From the NCBI GenBank assembly GCA_944392815.1, contig CALXXY010000001.1, forward strand, positions 96,001-160,000: a stretch of 64,000 nt of DNA, in the 5' to 3' direction. This stretch comes from an uncultured Alphaproteobacteria bacterium. Its GTDB lineage: Bacteria; Pseudomonadota; Alphaproteobacteria; Rs-D84. The notes beneath the pieces were generated by a model, which was not told the DNA's origin, made no database searches, and was given only the letters and a program-made list of their open reading frames with translations. The translations under genes and the position numbers were made by a program. Positions 49,199 to 60,233 of the stretch are shown here, one piece after another; position 1 is the first letter of the stretch; each line of letters starts with the position of its first letter.

Positions 49199-50575
49199 TT
49201 GAAAAAAATAGTTCTGATTATTTGTTTTGTTATGTGTTTGCCTGGGGTGACCCGGGCAAATTCTGCGTTGGGCACCGCGGGGGTGGCCGACAACAATTCC
49301 ACCCCGCGCGAAGTGACCATGTCCGCACTGGACGCGATGAAAATGGTTGGCGCAATGGTGGACAACGGCGAATTGGATATGGCCGAACAAATTCTGGACA
49401 AAATGCCTGCGTTTGGGGGCGGGCCGCTGGAAATAGAACGTTGGTTTTTGACCGCACGAATTGCCGCATACAGGGGCGATTTTGACACTGCAATTGATAT
49501 TTATCGCGATATTTTGGACGCGCACCCAGATTTGGCACGTGTGCGTTTCGAATTGGCTGTGTGCTATATGAAAACAAAACAATGGTATCGCGCGGATTAT
49601 CAATTGCGCCTGGCCATGGCGGGAAATGATTTGCCGGATAATATTCGGCAAATGATGAACTATTACCGTTATGTTATTCGGCAAAATAAAAATTGGAATG
49701 TTTGGTTTAATTTTGGCGCGGCACCCGATAACAATGTTAACAATGCCACCGGTGGCCAGGAATGCGTTATGACGCCGCTGGGGCCGTTGTGTCACAATTT
49801 AGTGGAACCTGAATCTGCGGTCGGGTTTAATTTGGCATTCGGGGGAAATTACGAATTTAAATTGTCCGAACAGTGGCGCTGGAAAACCGAGGCCGGCATA
49901 TATTCCAACACGTATACTTTGCATGATTATGACGATTTGTATCTGTATGCGTCAACGGGCCCGCGATTTATCTGGTCGCGGGGTGATGTATGGGCCGCTG
50001 CGGTTGGGTCGCGGCGTTGGTATGGGTGGGACAAATATAATTGGTCGGCCGGTGGCCGCATTGGCGCCAGTTATGATTTTACCCGCAAATTACTGGGGCG
50101 GTTGGATTTTCAGATTACGTCCAACAAATACGATGTTTATGCAGAATATCTGAACGGCGAAACGTATTCGTTGAATACTGAATTGTTTTATTCCATTTTG
50201 CCGAATTTTTATACTGTATTGCGCACAGGCGTCGCACGCGAATGGGCGGCGTCGGAAACATATTCGTATTGGACCCCGCGCGTCAGTATCGGCATTGGCG
50301 CAGAATTGCCGTGGGGATTCAATCTGTATGTGGAACCGGCGTTTTATTGGCAACTGTATGATGGCCAGCAATGGTCTGTCCAGGACGGTTGGTTCAAACG
50401 GGTGACTGAACGCGATTTTTCGCAACGCTATGCCGTGTATTTATCGAACAATAAATTTGACGTTATGGGGTTCGTGCCGACGGTCGTGTTCAGTTATACC
50501 CGCCGCGATTCCAATATATGGCAACGTGAATACGACAGATGGGCGGTGGAATTTACAATGTCCCAACGTTTCTGA
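49199..50575 (+). CDS. Slam-family outer-membrane translocon (TPR plus DUF560-like barrel)
   Basis: TPR segment PDLARVRFELA, APDNNVNNA motif, aromatic-rich barrel and terminal RF; TTG start. Confidence 0.82.
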   Translation: MKKIVLIICFVMCLPGVTRANSALGTAGVADNNSTPREVTMSALDAMKMVGAMVDNGELDMAEQILDKMPAFGGGPLEIERWFLTARIAAYRGDFDTAIDIYRDILDAHPDLARVRFELAVCYMKTKQWYRADYQLRLAMAGNDLPDNIRQMMNYYRYVIRQNKNWNVWFNFGAAPDNNVNNATGGQECVMTPLGPLCHNLVEPESAVGFNLAFGGNYEFKLSEQWRWKTEAGIYSNTYTLHDYDDLYLYASTGPRFIWSRGDVWAAAVGSRRWYGWDKYNWSAGGRIGASYDFTRKLLGRLDFQITSNKYDVYAEYLNGETYSLNTELFYSILPNFYTVLRTGVAREWAASETYSYWTPRVSIGIGAELPWGFNLYVEPAFYWQLYDGQQWSVQDGWFKRVTERDFSQRYAVYLSNNKFDVMGFVPTVVFSYTRRDSNIWQREYDRWAVEFTMSQRF

Positions 50576-50634
50576 TACAACAAACACGGCACCGATTGGT
50601 GCCGCGTTTATAAACTGAACATGCCACAAATAAA

Positions 50635-50814
50635 TTAGTGGGGCATTTTAGCTTCGGTCATTACGACATGTTTACGCAGTTTCGGATCGTATTTGCGGAA
50701 TTTCATTTTACCGGCGGTATTTTCCGAACGCGTGTTTTTTGTTGTTGTATAGAAATAGCCAGTTTCTTTGTTTTCCAGCTTTACAACTTCTTTGCTGCCT
50801 TTCTTTGATGCCAT
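50635..50814 (-). CDS. rpmG: 50S ribosomal protein L33
   Basis: Below the ORF-track cutoff; [27 protein letters not shown]...[19 protein letters not shown]. Confidence 0.93.
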   Translation of the reverse strand: MASKKGSKEVVKLENKETGYFYTTTKNTRSENTAGKMKFRKYDPKLRKHVVMTEAKMPH

Positions 50815-50971
50815 TTTATAAACCTTTTATCTATTGTGCGTGGTATTTTATGGTAAAAATTACTGGAAATCAAGTACTTTTTATCATAGTATTATCAATA
50901 CGATGCGGGTATGGCGACTACGCAGCGAAGCGAAGTGCCGCCGGGACGCAGAACATATTGTTGTACAGAAC

Positions 50972-51056
50972 GCGGGTATGGCGAAACTGGCAGACGCGCT
51001 GGATTTAGGTTCCAGTGGGGCAACCCATCAGGGTTCAAATCCCTGTACCCGCACCA
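50972..51056 (+). tRNA. tRNA-Leu(TAG)
   Basis: Acceptor GCGGGTA/TACCCGC, anticodon arm CTGGA-ttTAGgt-TCCAG, long variable arm and CCA. Confidence 0.95.
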
Positions 51057-51186
51057 ATATTTCCCATTAATACACCGGATAATTACGCGGATACGACGCA
51101 TCGGGGCGTGCCAGTTCGGATTTTACCCCGCACGCCGATGTTGCCAATGTTGCCAATAACAAAAATCCCAAAAATATTTTTTTCAT

Positions 51187-53418
51187 TTATTTTCCAAATT
51201 TACCACTGCGCGGGAAACCAACGGGAACTGTACGCCCCTGGGACGCACGACGGCCCGCCCATGGTGCCCAATCGTCCAGTTTGGTTGTGCCGCGCCCGGT
51301 TGTCCACCCAAATCCGTCCGACGCGTTGAAAAACATCACGTCCAAAACATATGTGCGTTCTGCATTGTATTTTTGCAGAATTACGCCCTTGCCCCGGGTC
51401 ATTTCAGGAATTTCGGCGGTCGGGAATATTAACAATTTATCATTTGACCCAGACATCGCAACCGTATCGCCAGTGACGGGCACACACATAATTGCCCTGT
51501 TGCGATCGTCTGTGTTCATGATTTGTTTGCCGGTGCGTGTTTGCGCCAGGCAATTTTCACCCGCAACGATGAATCCGGTTCCATGGCGTCCAACCAACAA
51601 ATATTTTGCCGATGTATCCAATACAAACGCAGCGACTATGTTTTCGTCCGCACCGATATCGGCCATCATACGCACTGATTCACCAAACCCGCGCGCAGAC
51701 GGCAAATCGTTCGCCGATAAAGTGAACATTTTTCCACCACTGGCAAACAAATTGATTTTATCCGTGGACATGGCGTGAAATGCGAATTGCAGTTCGTCGC
51801 CCTCTTTGAATTTCATGTCCAGGTTGTTTAAATCCAGCGTACCTTTGGCGGCACGAATCCAACCGGCGGTGGACAGTATGATTGTCAGCGGTTCTTTTTC
51901 GATAAATTCATCGGTGTTTACGACGATTTCCTGGGTTGTCGGCACCCATTGAGTACGACGGTGCCCCAGCGCAGTTTTTTTATCATAGCGTTTTTTAATA
52001 TCTGCGAACCAGGCCTTTAACTGTTCATTTTGGGCGTCTGGACTGGCCAATAATTCGCGTAATTGTTTTTGTTCGGCCAATAATGCGGCATCTTCGCGGC
52101 GGATTTCCATTTCCTCTAATTTGCGCAATGAACGCAGACGAGTGTTCAGAATTGCCTCTACCTGGATTTCGGTCAATTTGAATTCGGACATTAATACAGA
52201 TTTTGCGTCATCTTCGTTTCTGATGATTTCAATTACACGGTCCAGATTCAAATAAACTATTAATAACCCACCCAGGATTTCCAACCGGCGTTCAATGTTG
52301 CCCAGCCGCCAATTCGTGCGACGCACCAGTACGTTTTTCTGGTGCGCGATAAATTCACGCAAAACATCGCCAATGCCCATAACGCGTGGCACACCACGTG
52401 AATCGATGACGTTGAAATTCATATTGAATTTGTATTCCAAATCCGTCATCGCAAATAAATGCGCCATCATTTTATCCGCCGGGACATTACGGCTTTTGGG
52501 GGTGATTACAATTCGTACAGATGTTGTAGATTCGTCCGCAATATCGTCCACCAATGGCAATTTTTTCGCGTCTATTAAATTCGCGATTTGTTCCACCAGT
52601 TTAGATTTTATCAATCCATATGGAATTTCTGTGATAACGACCTGTTCCGCGCCACGATCCAATTTTTCCACGTCCCATTTTGCGCGAATGCGAAATGCGC
52701 CACGGCCTGTATCATAATTTTTTACAATTGTATCAAAAGAATCAATCAGTACGCCACCCGTTGGAAAATCTGGCCCGATTAATTTTTTCATAATCTGGGC
52801 GGTTGTGGCGTCTGGATTATCCACCACCAGGGTCAAGGCATCACAAACCTCGGCCACGTTGTGGGTGGGGATATTGGTTGCCATGCCGACGGCAATACCC
52901 ATGCCGCCATTGGCCAACAAATTCGGAAATGCCCCGGGCATAACCACAGGTTCCACTGTGGTGCCGTCAAAATTCGGCATCATGTCGACGCTGTCTTCGT
53001 CAATGCCCTCCATAATCAACATGGCGGCGTCGGTCATTTTGGATTCGGTATAACGATATGCCGCCTGGGGATCACCGTCGATATTACCAAAGTTTCCCTG
53101 GCCATCAATTAATGGATAGCGCACGGAAAAATCCTGGGCCAGACGAACCATCGCATCGTACACAGATGAATCACCATGCGGGTGATAATGACCCAACACG
53201 TCACCAACAACGGTTGCACATTTACGAAATGCCGCACTGGGCGATAATTTTTGCCGCAGCATCGAATATAAAATGCGACGATGAACGGGTTTCAGCCCGT
53301 CACGCACATCGGGCAATGCACGCGACACAATTGTGCTGACCGCGTATGACAAATACCGTTGGGACAGTGCGTCCGACAGTTGTTGTGAATCTATTCTTTC
53401 GATAATTTCCTTGCTCAT
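51187..53418 (-). CDS. parC: DNA topoisomerase IV subunit A
   Basis: [24 protein letters not shown] and AAYRYTE; short ParC-type C-terminal domain; start MSKEII. Confidence 0.9.
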   Translation of the reverse strand: MSKEIIERIDSQQLSDALSQRYLSYAVSTIVSRALPDVRDGLKPVHRRILYSMLRQKLSPSAAFRKCATVVGDVLGHYHPHGDSSVYDAMVRLAQDFSVRYPLIDGQGNFGNIDGDPQAAYRYTESKMTDAAMLIMEGIDEDSVDMMPNFDGTTVEPVVMPGAFPNLLANGGMGIAVGMATNIPTHNVAEVCDALTLVVDNPDATTAQIMKKLIGPDFPTGGVLIDSFDTIVKNYDTGRGAFRIRAKWDVEKLDRGAEQVVITEIPYGLIKSKLVEQIANLIDAKKLPLVDDIADESTTSVRIVITPKSRNVPADKMMAHLFAMTDLEYKFNMNFNVIDSRGVPRVMGIGDVLREFIAHQKNVLVRRTNWRLGNIERRLEILGGLLIVYLNLDRVIEIIRNEDDAKSVLMSEFKLTEIQVEAILNTRLRSLRKLEEMEIRREDAALLAEQKQLRELLASPDAQNEQLKAWFADIKKRYDKKTALGHRRTQWVPTTQEIVVNTDEFIEKEPLTIILSTAGWIRAAKGTLDLNNLDMKFKEGDELQFAFHAMSTDKINLFASGGKMFTLSANDLPSARGFGESVRMMADIGADENIVAAFVLDTSAKYLLVGRHGTGFIVAGENCLAQTRTGKQIMNTDDRNRAIMCVPVTGDTVAMSGSNDKLLIFPTAEIPEMTRGKGVILQKYNAERTYVLDVMFFNASDGFGWTTGRGTTKLDDWAPWAGRRASQGRTVPVGFPRSGKFGK

Positions 53419-53719
53419 GACAGTGATAAAATTAAAACATTTGAAAAAAAATAACAACTGAAAAAAATTGCACTTTTTTGACTTGCAATTTATTTTTTTA
53501 TGTATATATGTATATACAAACTTTGGTTCCCCATTTTTGGGGCGGGCTGCTGGGGTTTCTGGCAAGTCGGGGCATTTGAATCCGTTTCAGATGTCTGAAT
53601 GTACGCGACGCGCATATGTCGGCGTTGCGAACCAATCAAACAAAACATAAAAACGAACTGTGGTGAAACTGGCCATGCGCGCCAGTCGGCCATTTTGATT
53701 GCAAAGCAGGAGGACAATT

Positions 53720-54460
53720 ATGCACATATTAAAAAGAACCGTTCCGTACGTGCTGTCCAGCGCAGCTGTGATGTTCGGCATAGGAAATATTTCCAATTCA
53801 GGCAATCGCGTTGGCAAATATGCCAGTCCTGATACACAATTCATTGCGGAAATTCGTCCCGCCCCAAAAACGCCACTGGTGCTGGATTTTGTATCAGACA
53901 CAAACAAAGACACGGACAGCAGTGCCGTCAGTGCCACCGCCGCACGATATGATGTTATATACACCCGCGCAAACGGCAACCAATTCCGTCGCAGTGGGGG
54001 CACACGCGCATGGCGCAATAATAATCCGGGGTGTTTGCGGTATTCTGAATTTACTGTGACCCAGGGCGCAATTGGACACGCCGGCGGATTTGCTGTATTT
54101 CCCGATGATTCAACCGGAATGCAGGCAATTTGTGCACTGTTAAAATCGGACAGTTATCGTGATTTAACTATATCCCAGGCGATTTTCAAATATGCCCCGC
54201 CCCATGAAAATGATACTGAAAACTATAACGCCAGTTTGCGGAAAATTACTGGGCTAGATACGGCCACAAAATTATCCGCACTGACCGATGAACAAATTAT
54301 GCGCGTGGCGCGCGCAATCCGCGTGGTCGAGGGCTGGACCCCCGGTCGCGAAACATATATCTATGTCGCGCCAAAACAGGTTCCATCACGCGACACAGTT
54401 GATTTTTATGCCGCGTTGCAAAATCAGATTGTGCAAAAGCAATTTGAACGGGTAATATAA
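53720..54460 (+). CDS. Secreted protein with a phage-type lysozyme-like 'RNNNPG' domain
   Basis: RAWRNNNPG...GFAVFPD...YAPPHENDT...RVVEG; AGGAGG SD. Confidence 0.7.
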   Translation: MHILKRTVPYVLSSAAVMFGIGNISNSGNRVGKYASPDTQFIAEIRPAPKTPLVLDFVSDTNKDTDSSAVSATAARYDVIYTRANGNQFRRSGGTRAWRNNNPGCLRYSEFTVTQGAIGHAGGFAVFPDDSTGMQAICALLKSDSYRDLTISQAIFKYAPPHENDTENYNASLRKITGLDTATKLSALTDEQIMRVARAIRVVEGWTPGRETYIYVAPKQVPSRDTVDFYAALQNQIVQKQFERVI

Positions 54461-54488
54461 AAAATCGCGCCATTGGCGCGTTTTTTAT

Positions 54489-54764
54489 TTATGACAATTT
54501 ATTTTTTATTTCGCGTATGCGGGCCAAAATTTCACGCAAATCGGCATCTGTCACCGTGGGGGTGGGACGATTATGAATTTCGTCCGCCAATACTATGCAC
54601 AATGTTGCCAACAGTGCATTTTCCGGCAATGGCCCGATTTTATCCAATATTTCGCGGGCGCGCGCGTCCACCATTTTGCCCAATTCTATCAGGCGGCCTT
54701 CTTGGCCATCTTCGCAACCCATGGGGTAATTTTTGTTGACAATTGGTATGGACACAACACTCAT
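54489..54764 (-). CDS. zapA: Cell division protein ZapA
   Basis: IVNKNYPMGCEDGQEGRL...LCIVLADE is the alphaproteobacterial ZapA pattern. Confidence 0.8.
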   Translation of the reverse strand: MSVVSIPIVNKNYPMGCEDGQEGRLIELGKMVDARAREILDKIGPLPENALLATLCIVLADEIHNRPTPTVTDADLREILARIREIKNKLS

Positions 54765-54970
54765 TTCAAATTCTTTAGTATAGATATGGATTGATTTATC
54801 ATTTCCGTGGCATTGGCATTTTTTTCACGCAGGGTGCGCACCTGTTCGGTCAGGATTGCAACCTCCAGATCCGTTTGTTTGCCGGCATTAACCGCCACGG
54901 AACGCAATTTTGCGGCCAAATCTTCGACTGTGGCCAATTCCTGAAAAATTTGTTGTTTTAAATCGGACAT
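54761..54970 (-). CDS. Small coiled-coil protein upstream of zapA
   Basis: Coiled-coil character; coupled to zapA; promoter TTGAAC-17-TACACT-6-ATG. Confidence 0.65.
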   Translation of the reverse strand: MSDLKQQIFQELATVEDLAAKLRSVAVNAGKQTDLEVAILTEQVRTLREKNANATEMINQSISILKNLK

Positions 54971-55052
54971 ATTATCAGTGTAAGATATTTTTTGCATGCG
55001 TTCAACACTAAAATGTGGTATAATGTCCGCATCAAGTGGGGGATTTATTTCA

Positions 55053-56075
55053 ATGAAAACTAAAATCATTTACATTTCGGGTAATGAAGTATTTGATATG
55101 GCCGATATTCGTGCCGCTTTTGAAGAGGTTAGAAACACATTACACCTGGGGTCGGACACGGTTATGTTTGGCGTGCCGGTTGATAATGATGACGCTTTTG
55201 CTGGTGCGGTGAAAACCGATGATGTTGCGCCCGTGCAGGTTGTGGAAACGGCGCCGGAAATTGATGATGACGTGGCACCTGTAATCACAAGCGTGGCGGT
55301 GGCAGATGTTGTACCCGAACCCGAAACTGTGCCCATGAAAAAATCCACAAAACGCGGTCGGGCAAAAAATAAAGTGACCCAGCCCGTTGTGGACGCGACC
55401 CCAGTTGATACGGACGAAAACGCGGACACGCAAAAAATTATTCCTATATTATCAGTTTTGGGCGGAAAATCGGAATCTGCGTTGGATAACGCAACCGAAA
55501 TTTCCGATACAAAATCCGACACGGTCGATGAAATAACAGATGAAAGCGCGACGGATATTCCCGATATTGATATCAGTGCTGAATTTGATTCTGTATCCGT
55601 GGCGGCCGATGGCGACGATACGCCACATGCGGAAATTGTCGATATGATAACCGATGACGCGCCCGAGGCACCAATCGAAAAGACACTGGAACAGTTATTG
55701 GAAAGCATGACCCCCCTGCGCGAAGATACTGTCGAAGATATCGTCCCCACCACCAGCGATGAAAATGTTTCCCCCGACATTGATTTGAATGATCTGGTTG
55801 CGGACGATACAATCGACAATGCGGGCGACGGTGATGCAACGCTGGAAAAACTGGCGGCGGAATTTGCCGAAAATCAGGATAAAATTCCTGAGACACCAAA
55901 ACCTGAATCACACAGCAAAATCGGAAAATTAAAAAATATTCTGCCATTTAAAAAGGCCAAACGCGAAGATACCGGCATTATGGGCGATTTGTTCGGCTGG
56001 GCCGGGATTGCAGCCAATGACGATGATTTTTCTATACCGGGATTTTTTACCCAGGCGGCGTCTTCTAAAAAATAG
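55053..56075 (+). CDS. Acidic, largely disordered hypothetical protein
   Basis: D/E/T/P-rich central region with more ordered-looking termini. Confidence 0.72.
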   Translation: MKTKIIYISGNEVFDMADIRAAFEEVRNTLHLGSDTVMFGVPVDNDDAFAGAVKTDDVAPVQVVETAPEIDDDVAPVITSVAVADVVPEPETVPMKKSTKRGRAKNKVTQPVVDATPVDTDENADTQKIIPILSVLGGKSESALDNATEISDTKSDTVDEITDESATDIPDIDISAEFDSVSVAADGDDTPHAEIVDMITDDAPEAPIEKTLEQLLESMTPLREDTVEDIVPTTSDENVSPDIDLNDLVADDTIDNAGDGDATLEKLAAEFAENQDKIPETPKPESHSKIGKLKNILPFKKAKREDTGIMGDLFGWAGIAANDDDFSIPGFFTQAASSKK

Positions 56076-56094
56076 GCAGATTTTATGATTTCAT

Positions 56095-57111
56095 ATGAAC
56101 ACGGATACAATTATTAGATTACTGCAAAATTCTGGATTCCATATTTTGGGAATCGATAACTCGTATTTGTATCTGGAAGATCCATCGTGCGTATTACGCA
56201 GTTTTGAGACGTTTATCGATTATGCCTGGATTGCCATTACATGCATAGTTGGGGTGTTTTTATTCGGCTGGGCTATATCGATGATACGGGGGGCGAAAAC
56301 TGACTATTTTACCAATTTACGAAATTTAATCATTATGCTGGGCACGCTGTCTGCGGGCGGATTTATTGTGAATTTAATCTGGGGTGATGATTTATTTGCA
56401 CGTGGGTGTCGCACTATTCGCGTGTCCGTCGATGAATTAAATACTGTGTTGGATATGCGAAATGCACAACTGTCACAATATAACGAATTTAATTTTTATG
56501 AACATTTCGAAATTGACGATTCTGGGGCAACTGCGTATGCAGATGCACCGCTGATGGCGGCCGGGGCGCCGGTTGATTTACAATCTGTGACTGTGTCCGG
56601 TGACGATGATGCCACCCAATTCCAGCCAAATCAGGATATCGCCGCATCGTATCCCGCAAATGCCCAGTCCCCAGTCAGCGCGCAGGAAATGTCACGCGAT
56701 GTTGTATACACCAACAGGGACGGCACGCGATACAGAAAAACTGGCGGTTCGCGCGCATGGCGCAATAACAACCCGGGCAATATCAGGTATTCTGCATTTA
56801 CACGTCGTGCCGGCGCCATTGGCCAGGCCGGCGGTTTTGCCGTATTCCCGGACGAGTCCACCGGTATGCGCGCCATATCATCGTTGTTGCAAAGTGACAG
56901 TTATATAAATCTGACCATTGCGGGCGCAATCAGTCGCTATGCGCCGCCTGTGGAAAACGATACCGCTGCGTATCACAGATCCATTCAAAAACTGACCGGG
57001 CTGTCCATCAATCGCCGTATTAGTGATTTAAGCGAAGCGGAACTGTCGCGTGTGGCAAATGCTATTCGCCAGATAGAGGGCTGGTCGGTCGGACGAATTG
57101 TATCTATGTAA
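56095..57111 (+). CDS. Membrane-anchored protein with a C-terminal lysozyme-like 'RNNNPG' domain
   Basis: Two TM helices, then RAWRNNNPGNIRY...YAPPVENDT...RQIEG; paralogous to 53720-54460. Confidence 0.72.
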   Translation: MNTDTIIRLLQNSGFHILGIDNSYLYLEDPSCVLRSFETFIDYAWIAITCIVGVFLFGWAISMIRGAKTDYFTNLRNLIIMLGTLSAGGFIVNLIWGDDLFARGCRTIRVSVDELNTVLDMRNAQLSQYNEFNFYEHFEIDDSGATAYADAPLMAAGAPVDLQSVTVSGDDDATQFQPNQDIAASYPANAQSPVSAQEMSRDVVYTNRDGTRYRKTGGSRAWRNNNPGNIRYSAFTRRAGAIGQAGGFAVFPDESTGMRAISSLLQSDSYINLTIAGAISRYAPPVENDTAAYHRSIQKLTGLSINRRISDLSEAELSRVANAIRQIEGWSVGRIVSM

Positions 57112-57130
57112 AAAAAAACTGGGGGAAATT

Positions 57131-57775
57131 ATGAAGCGCAATCAACAATCTGGGAATGTGGTATTTAATATTTTATTGGTCGTTATGTTTATCATAATCG
57201 GCGTGTTGATTTATATACTGGCGGGTGGGCCGGTGCCTAAATTGGGCGATACGCGTGGTGTTCAATCCCCAGACATGGAATTTACAGACGACGATGCAAC
57301 CGTGGCGCAAATTACGTCACGCGATACCGGCGAATTTTCAGATGGTTTGGTGCGCCCCAGTTTTTCTGAACAATATCCGTTGGACGAATTCGGGGCGGGA
57401 ATTGCCGAACGGGCTGTGTTTGACATCGATATTAACGATGACGGGCGCATGGACAGAATTACCCGCGTTCGCAATGAAAATGGGACTGACCATGGGTATT
57501 ACGAGTATAAAATTGAATTAAATCAAAATGGGAACTGGGTTGATATTACCCCCGATGGTTTTCGCACGACCGAGGGCGCAGAATGCGCGTTGCAAAAATT
57601 ACAATTTAATTTTCGCCCGCAATTCAGCGTTGTAAAAATTTCGCGCAAATGGTCTGAAACATGGGTCACACCAACAATGGCCACGCGGACGGTGTACACT
57701 TTTAACGACGGAAAATTGCAGGCGTCTGCGCCCCAGGAATTAAAAACTGTATGTGACGTGACAGATTTATTTTAA
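57131..57775 (+). CDS. Hypothetical membrane-anchored protein
   Basis: QQSGNVVFNILLVV (pilin-like leader) plus a TM helix; DINDDGRMD loop. Confidence 0.7.
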   Translation: MKRNQQSGNVVFNILLVVMFIIIGVLIYILAGGPVPKLGDTRGVQSPDMEFTDDDATVAQITSRDTGEFSDGLVRPSFSEQYPLDEFGAGIAERAVFDIDINDDGRMDRITRVRNENGTDHGYYEYKIELNQNGNWVDITPDGFRTTEGAECALQKLQFNFRPQFSVVKISRKWSETWVTPTMATRTVYTFNDGKLQASAPQELKTVCDVTDLF

Positions 57776-58473
57776 TTCAATAAAAACATATTGCGCGCAG
57801 AATAAACTATGCCACCGGACACCACATAGTGATCCAGCAATTGAATATCGACCGCGGCCAACAAATCCCGAACCACTGTTGTGATTTTTATATCATCGGT
57901 TGAAAAAGTTGTGTTTGGCGTCGGATGATTATGTACCATTAACACCGCAACTGCATTTAATTCCAACGCACGTTTTAATATTTCACGCGGATAAATGGCC
58001 GCCCAATCATTTGTGCCAACACTGTGCAGGTCATCTGATAATAATCTGTAATCCTGACCCAGGTACAGGACATGACTTTCTTCGCGGGTTTTGCCGCCCA
58101 ACAGCAACAGGCAATAATTTAACAATCCGCGTTCATTGTGAAACACCTGTTGTTGTGCCAATTCGCATTTATATCCAGCCAACATAATTTTATGAATGGA
58201 TTTTATAAAAATTGCGGTATTGCGCCCAATGCCACGATATTCCATTAATTTTTCAATTGGTGCGGTGATTATGGGATACAGCCCGCCGAACTGTTTCATC
58301 ATGCCGCGTGCCAGTGGCCGCACATCGCGGCGCGGGATTACAAAACTTAATAATAATTCCAACAATTCGTAATCTGCCAGATTGCCGTCCAAAAATTTCT
58401 GGCGCAGACGTTCACGATGTCCGTTATGAAACGCGACATCTGTGACGCCCATATCCGATTTTTTGTCTGACAT
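57772..58473 (-). CDS. radC: RadC/JAB-domain protein
   Basis: GHRERLR, YELLELLL, HNHP and LLDH motifs. Confidence 0.9.
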   Translation of the reverse strand: MSDKKSDMGVTDVAFHNGHRERLRQKFLDGNLADYELLELLLSFVIPRRDVRPLARGMMKQFGGLYPIITAPIEKLMEYRGIGRNTAIFIKSIHKIMLAGYKCELAQQQVFHNERGLLNYCLLLLGGKTREESHVLYLGQDYRLLSDDLHSVGTNDWAAIYPREILKRALELNAVAVLMVHNHPTPNTTFSTDDIKITTVVRDLLAAVDIQLLDHYVVSGGIVYSARNMFLLN

Positions 58474-59237
58474 TATTCCGCCATTTTTTCAGTGAATATT
58501 ATGACGCCGTCCTCGGTAATTCCCAGGGTATGTTCCCACTGCGCCGACCAACCACCATCAACTGTGCGCGCGGTCCAACCGTCTGGATCTATTTTACATT
58601 CGGGACGCCCCATATTTATCATGGGTTCAATTGTAAACACCAATCCCGGTACCATTTTCACCCTGTCCCACATTTTGTCGTAAAAATGGAAAATTTGCGG
58701 GTCATCGTGCATAACTTTGCCTATGCCATGGCCAACAAAATCGCGCGAGATTGAAAATCCGTGTGGTTTTACGACAGATTCTATGGTTTTGCCGATTTCA
58801 GACAATGGAACGCCGGGGCCGCATACTGCGATGGCGGAATTTAATGCGTCCTGGCACGTTTGAACCAATTCGCGCGCGCGTGGGGCGACATTACCAATCA
58901 TAAACATACGCGACGCGTCACCGTGGAATCCTTTGTATTCTGCGGTTAAATCAACGTTGACGATATCGCCGTCTTTTAATATAACATCGTCGCTGGGGAT
59001 ACCATGCACAATTACATCATTTACAGATGTGCATATGCTTTTGGGATATCCCTGGTACCCCAGGTCGGACGAACGCGCCCCGTTTTCGCGCAAAAACTGT
59101 GCCACCAGACGATCTATTTCCCCAGTGGAAACACCGGCATGAATATGCGGGGTTATAAAATCAAAGCAGCGTGCAACTAAATCGCCAACCACACGCAAAC
59201 GTTTAAAATCTTTTGGCGCGTATACAGATGATAACAT
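58473..59237 (-). CDS. map: Methionine aminopeptidase
   Basis: CTSVNDVIVHGIP, GHGIG, FTIEPMIN and SAQWEHT motifs. Confidence 0.95.
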   Translation of the reverse strand: MLSSVYAPKDFKRLRVVGDLVARCFDFITPHIHAGVSTGEIDRLVAQFLRENGARSSDLGYQGYPKSICTSVNDVIVHGIPSDDVILKDGDIVNVDLTAEYKGFHGDASRMFMIGNVAPRARELVQTCQDALNSAIAVCGPGVPLSEIGKTIESVVKPHGFSISRDFVGHGIGKVMHDDPQIFHFYDKMWDRVKMVPGLVFTIEPMINMGRPECKIDPDGWTARTVDGGWSAQWEHTLGITEDGVIIFTEKMAE

Positions 59238-59241
59238 TGAT

Positions 59242-60231
59242 TTATTTCCTTCGTTTAATGGCCATTTTCATTGTGCGCATGGCCAATTTCAGTGCAAAAT
59301 CACGCAATAATATTTCGCCCGGCATACCAGTCGTGCGCAGTTGCTGTTCCAATTCGGTCAAACGCTGCAATACCGCAACCAAATCATTTTCTGACCAGAT
59401 TTTCACAGCCAATTCGAATTTATCCTGGACCTTCCAAAACAGGCGGGGCAATTGACCTTCGACAACGGCGGTCAACAGGCGTTTAAAATGTATATTCAGC
59501 ATGCGAACCAGCGCATTTGGATCAACACCGTTGTACAATAATCTGTCCAATGCGGTCATTGTTTGCTGGATATATCCGGCGGTCAAAGAATATAAAAAAT
59601 CGTCCATGCTGGCCGCGCCTGTATCAGGCAGGCATTTTTCTACATCGTCCAGTTCAACTGTTTTTTTATCGTTAACATACAATGCGATTTTTGCCAAAAA
59701 ACCACGCGTAATGCCACGATCGCCCCCCAGGTGCGATGTCATGTACGCCATGGCATCGGGGGTGATTTGCTGAATCCCCGCGTCGGCGGATAATTCGCGA
59801 CGTATTAATGCCGCCAGCGCACGCGCATCGTCCGTATAGCACGGCAATGTCGCCAAATCTGTTGCGTTTTCAAACAACGCGCGCAATCCACCACCCGCGC
59901 GCAAATCGCCGGCCGCAACAATAACAGTCGCACACAGGCCTGAATGCGTGACCAATTCCGAGATTAAATCAGCGTCACTGTCGCCGGCGTTGGATATTAT
60001 CACCATTTTGCGACCACCAAACATAGATGGACTGCAACTTTCCGCGAACAGTGCGTCTGTTTTGTCACGCAGTTCGTTTGAATCCAGGGCGAACAGGTTA
60101 TCTTTTTCAATTTCCAATTTTTCAACCGCACGATCACAAAATTCGTCCACCTGGCCTGCGTCAGGGCCATATATTAACACTGCACGAATTTTTTCAATGC
60201 CGGTATTAAAATCAGATTCTTTCCATTTCAT
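59242..60231 (-). CDS. holA: DNA polymerase III delta subunit
   Basis: AVLIYGPDAG, SMFGGRK and CYTD motifs; follows lptE. Confidence 0.85.
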   Translation of the reverse strand: MKWKESDFNTGIEKIRAVLIYGPDAGQVDEFCDRAVEKLEIEKDNLFALDSNELRDKTDALFAESCSPSMFGGRKMVIISNAGDSDADLISELVTHSGLCATVIVAAGDLRAGGGLRALFENATDLATLPCYTDDARALAALIRRELSADAGIQQITPDAMAYMTSHLGGDRGITRGFLAKIALYVNDKKTVELDDVEKCLPDTGAASMDDFLYSLTAGYIQQTMTALDRLLYNGVDPNALVRMLNIHFKRLLTAVVEGQLPRLFWKVQDKFELAVKIWSENDLVAVLQRLTELEQQLRTTGMPGEILLRDFALKLAMRTMKMAIKRRK

Positions 60232-60233
60232 TA

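Noticed and set aside
53530-53700. Known ncRNA (RNase P, tmRNA, SAM-V) upstream of 53720
   Set aside because: Hairpins are present, but I could not match the conserved motifs of any of these families.
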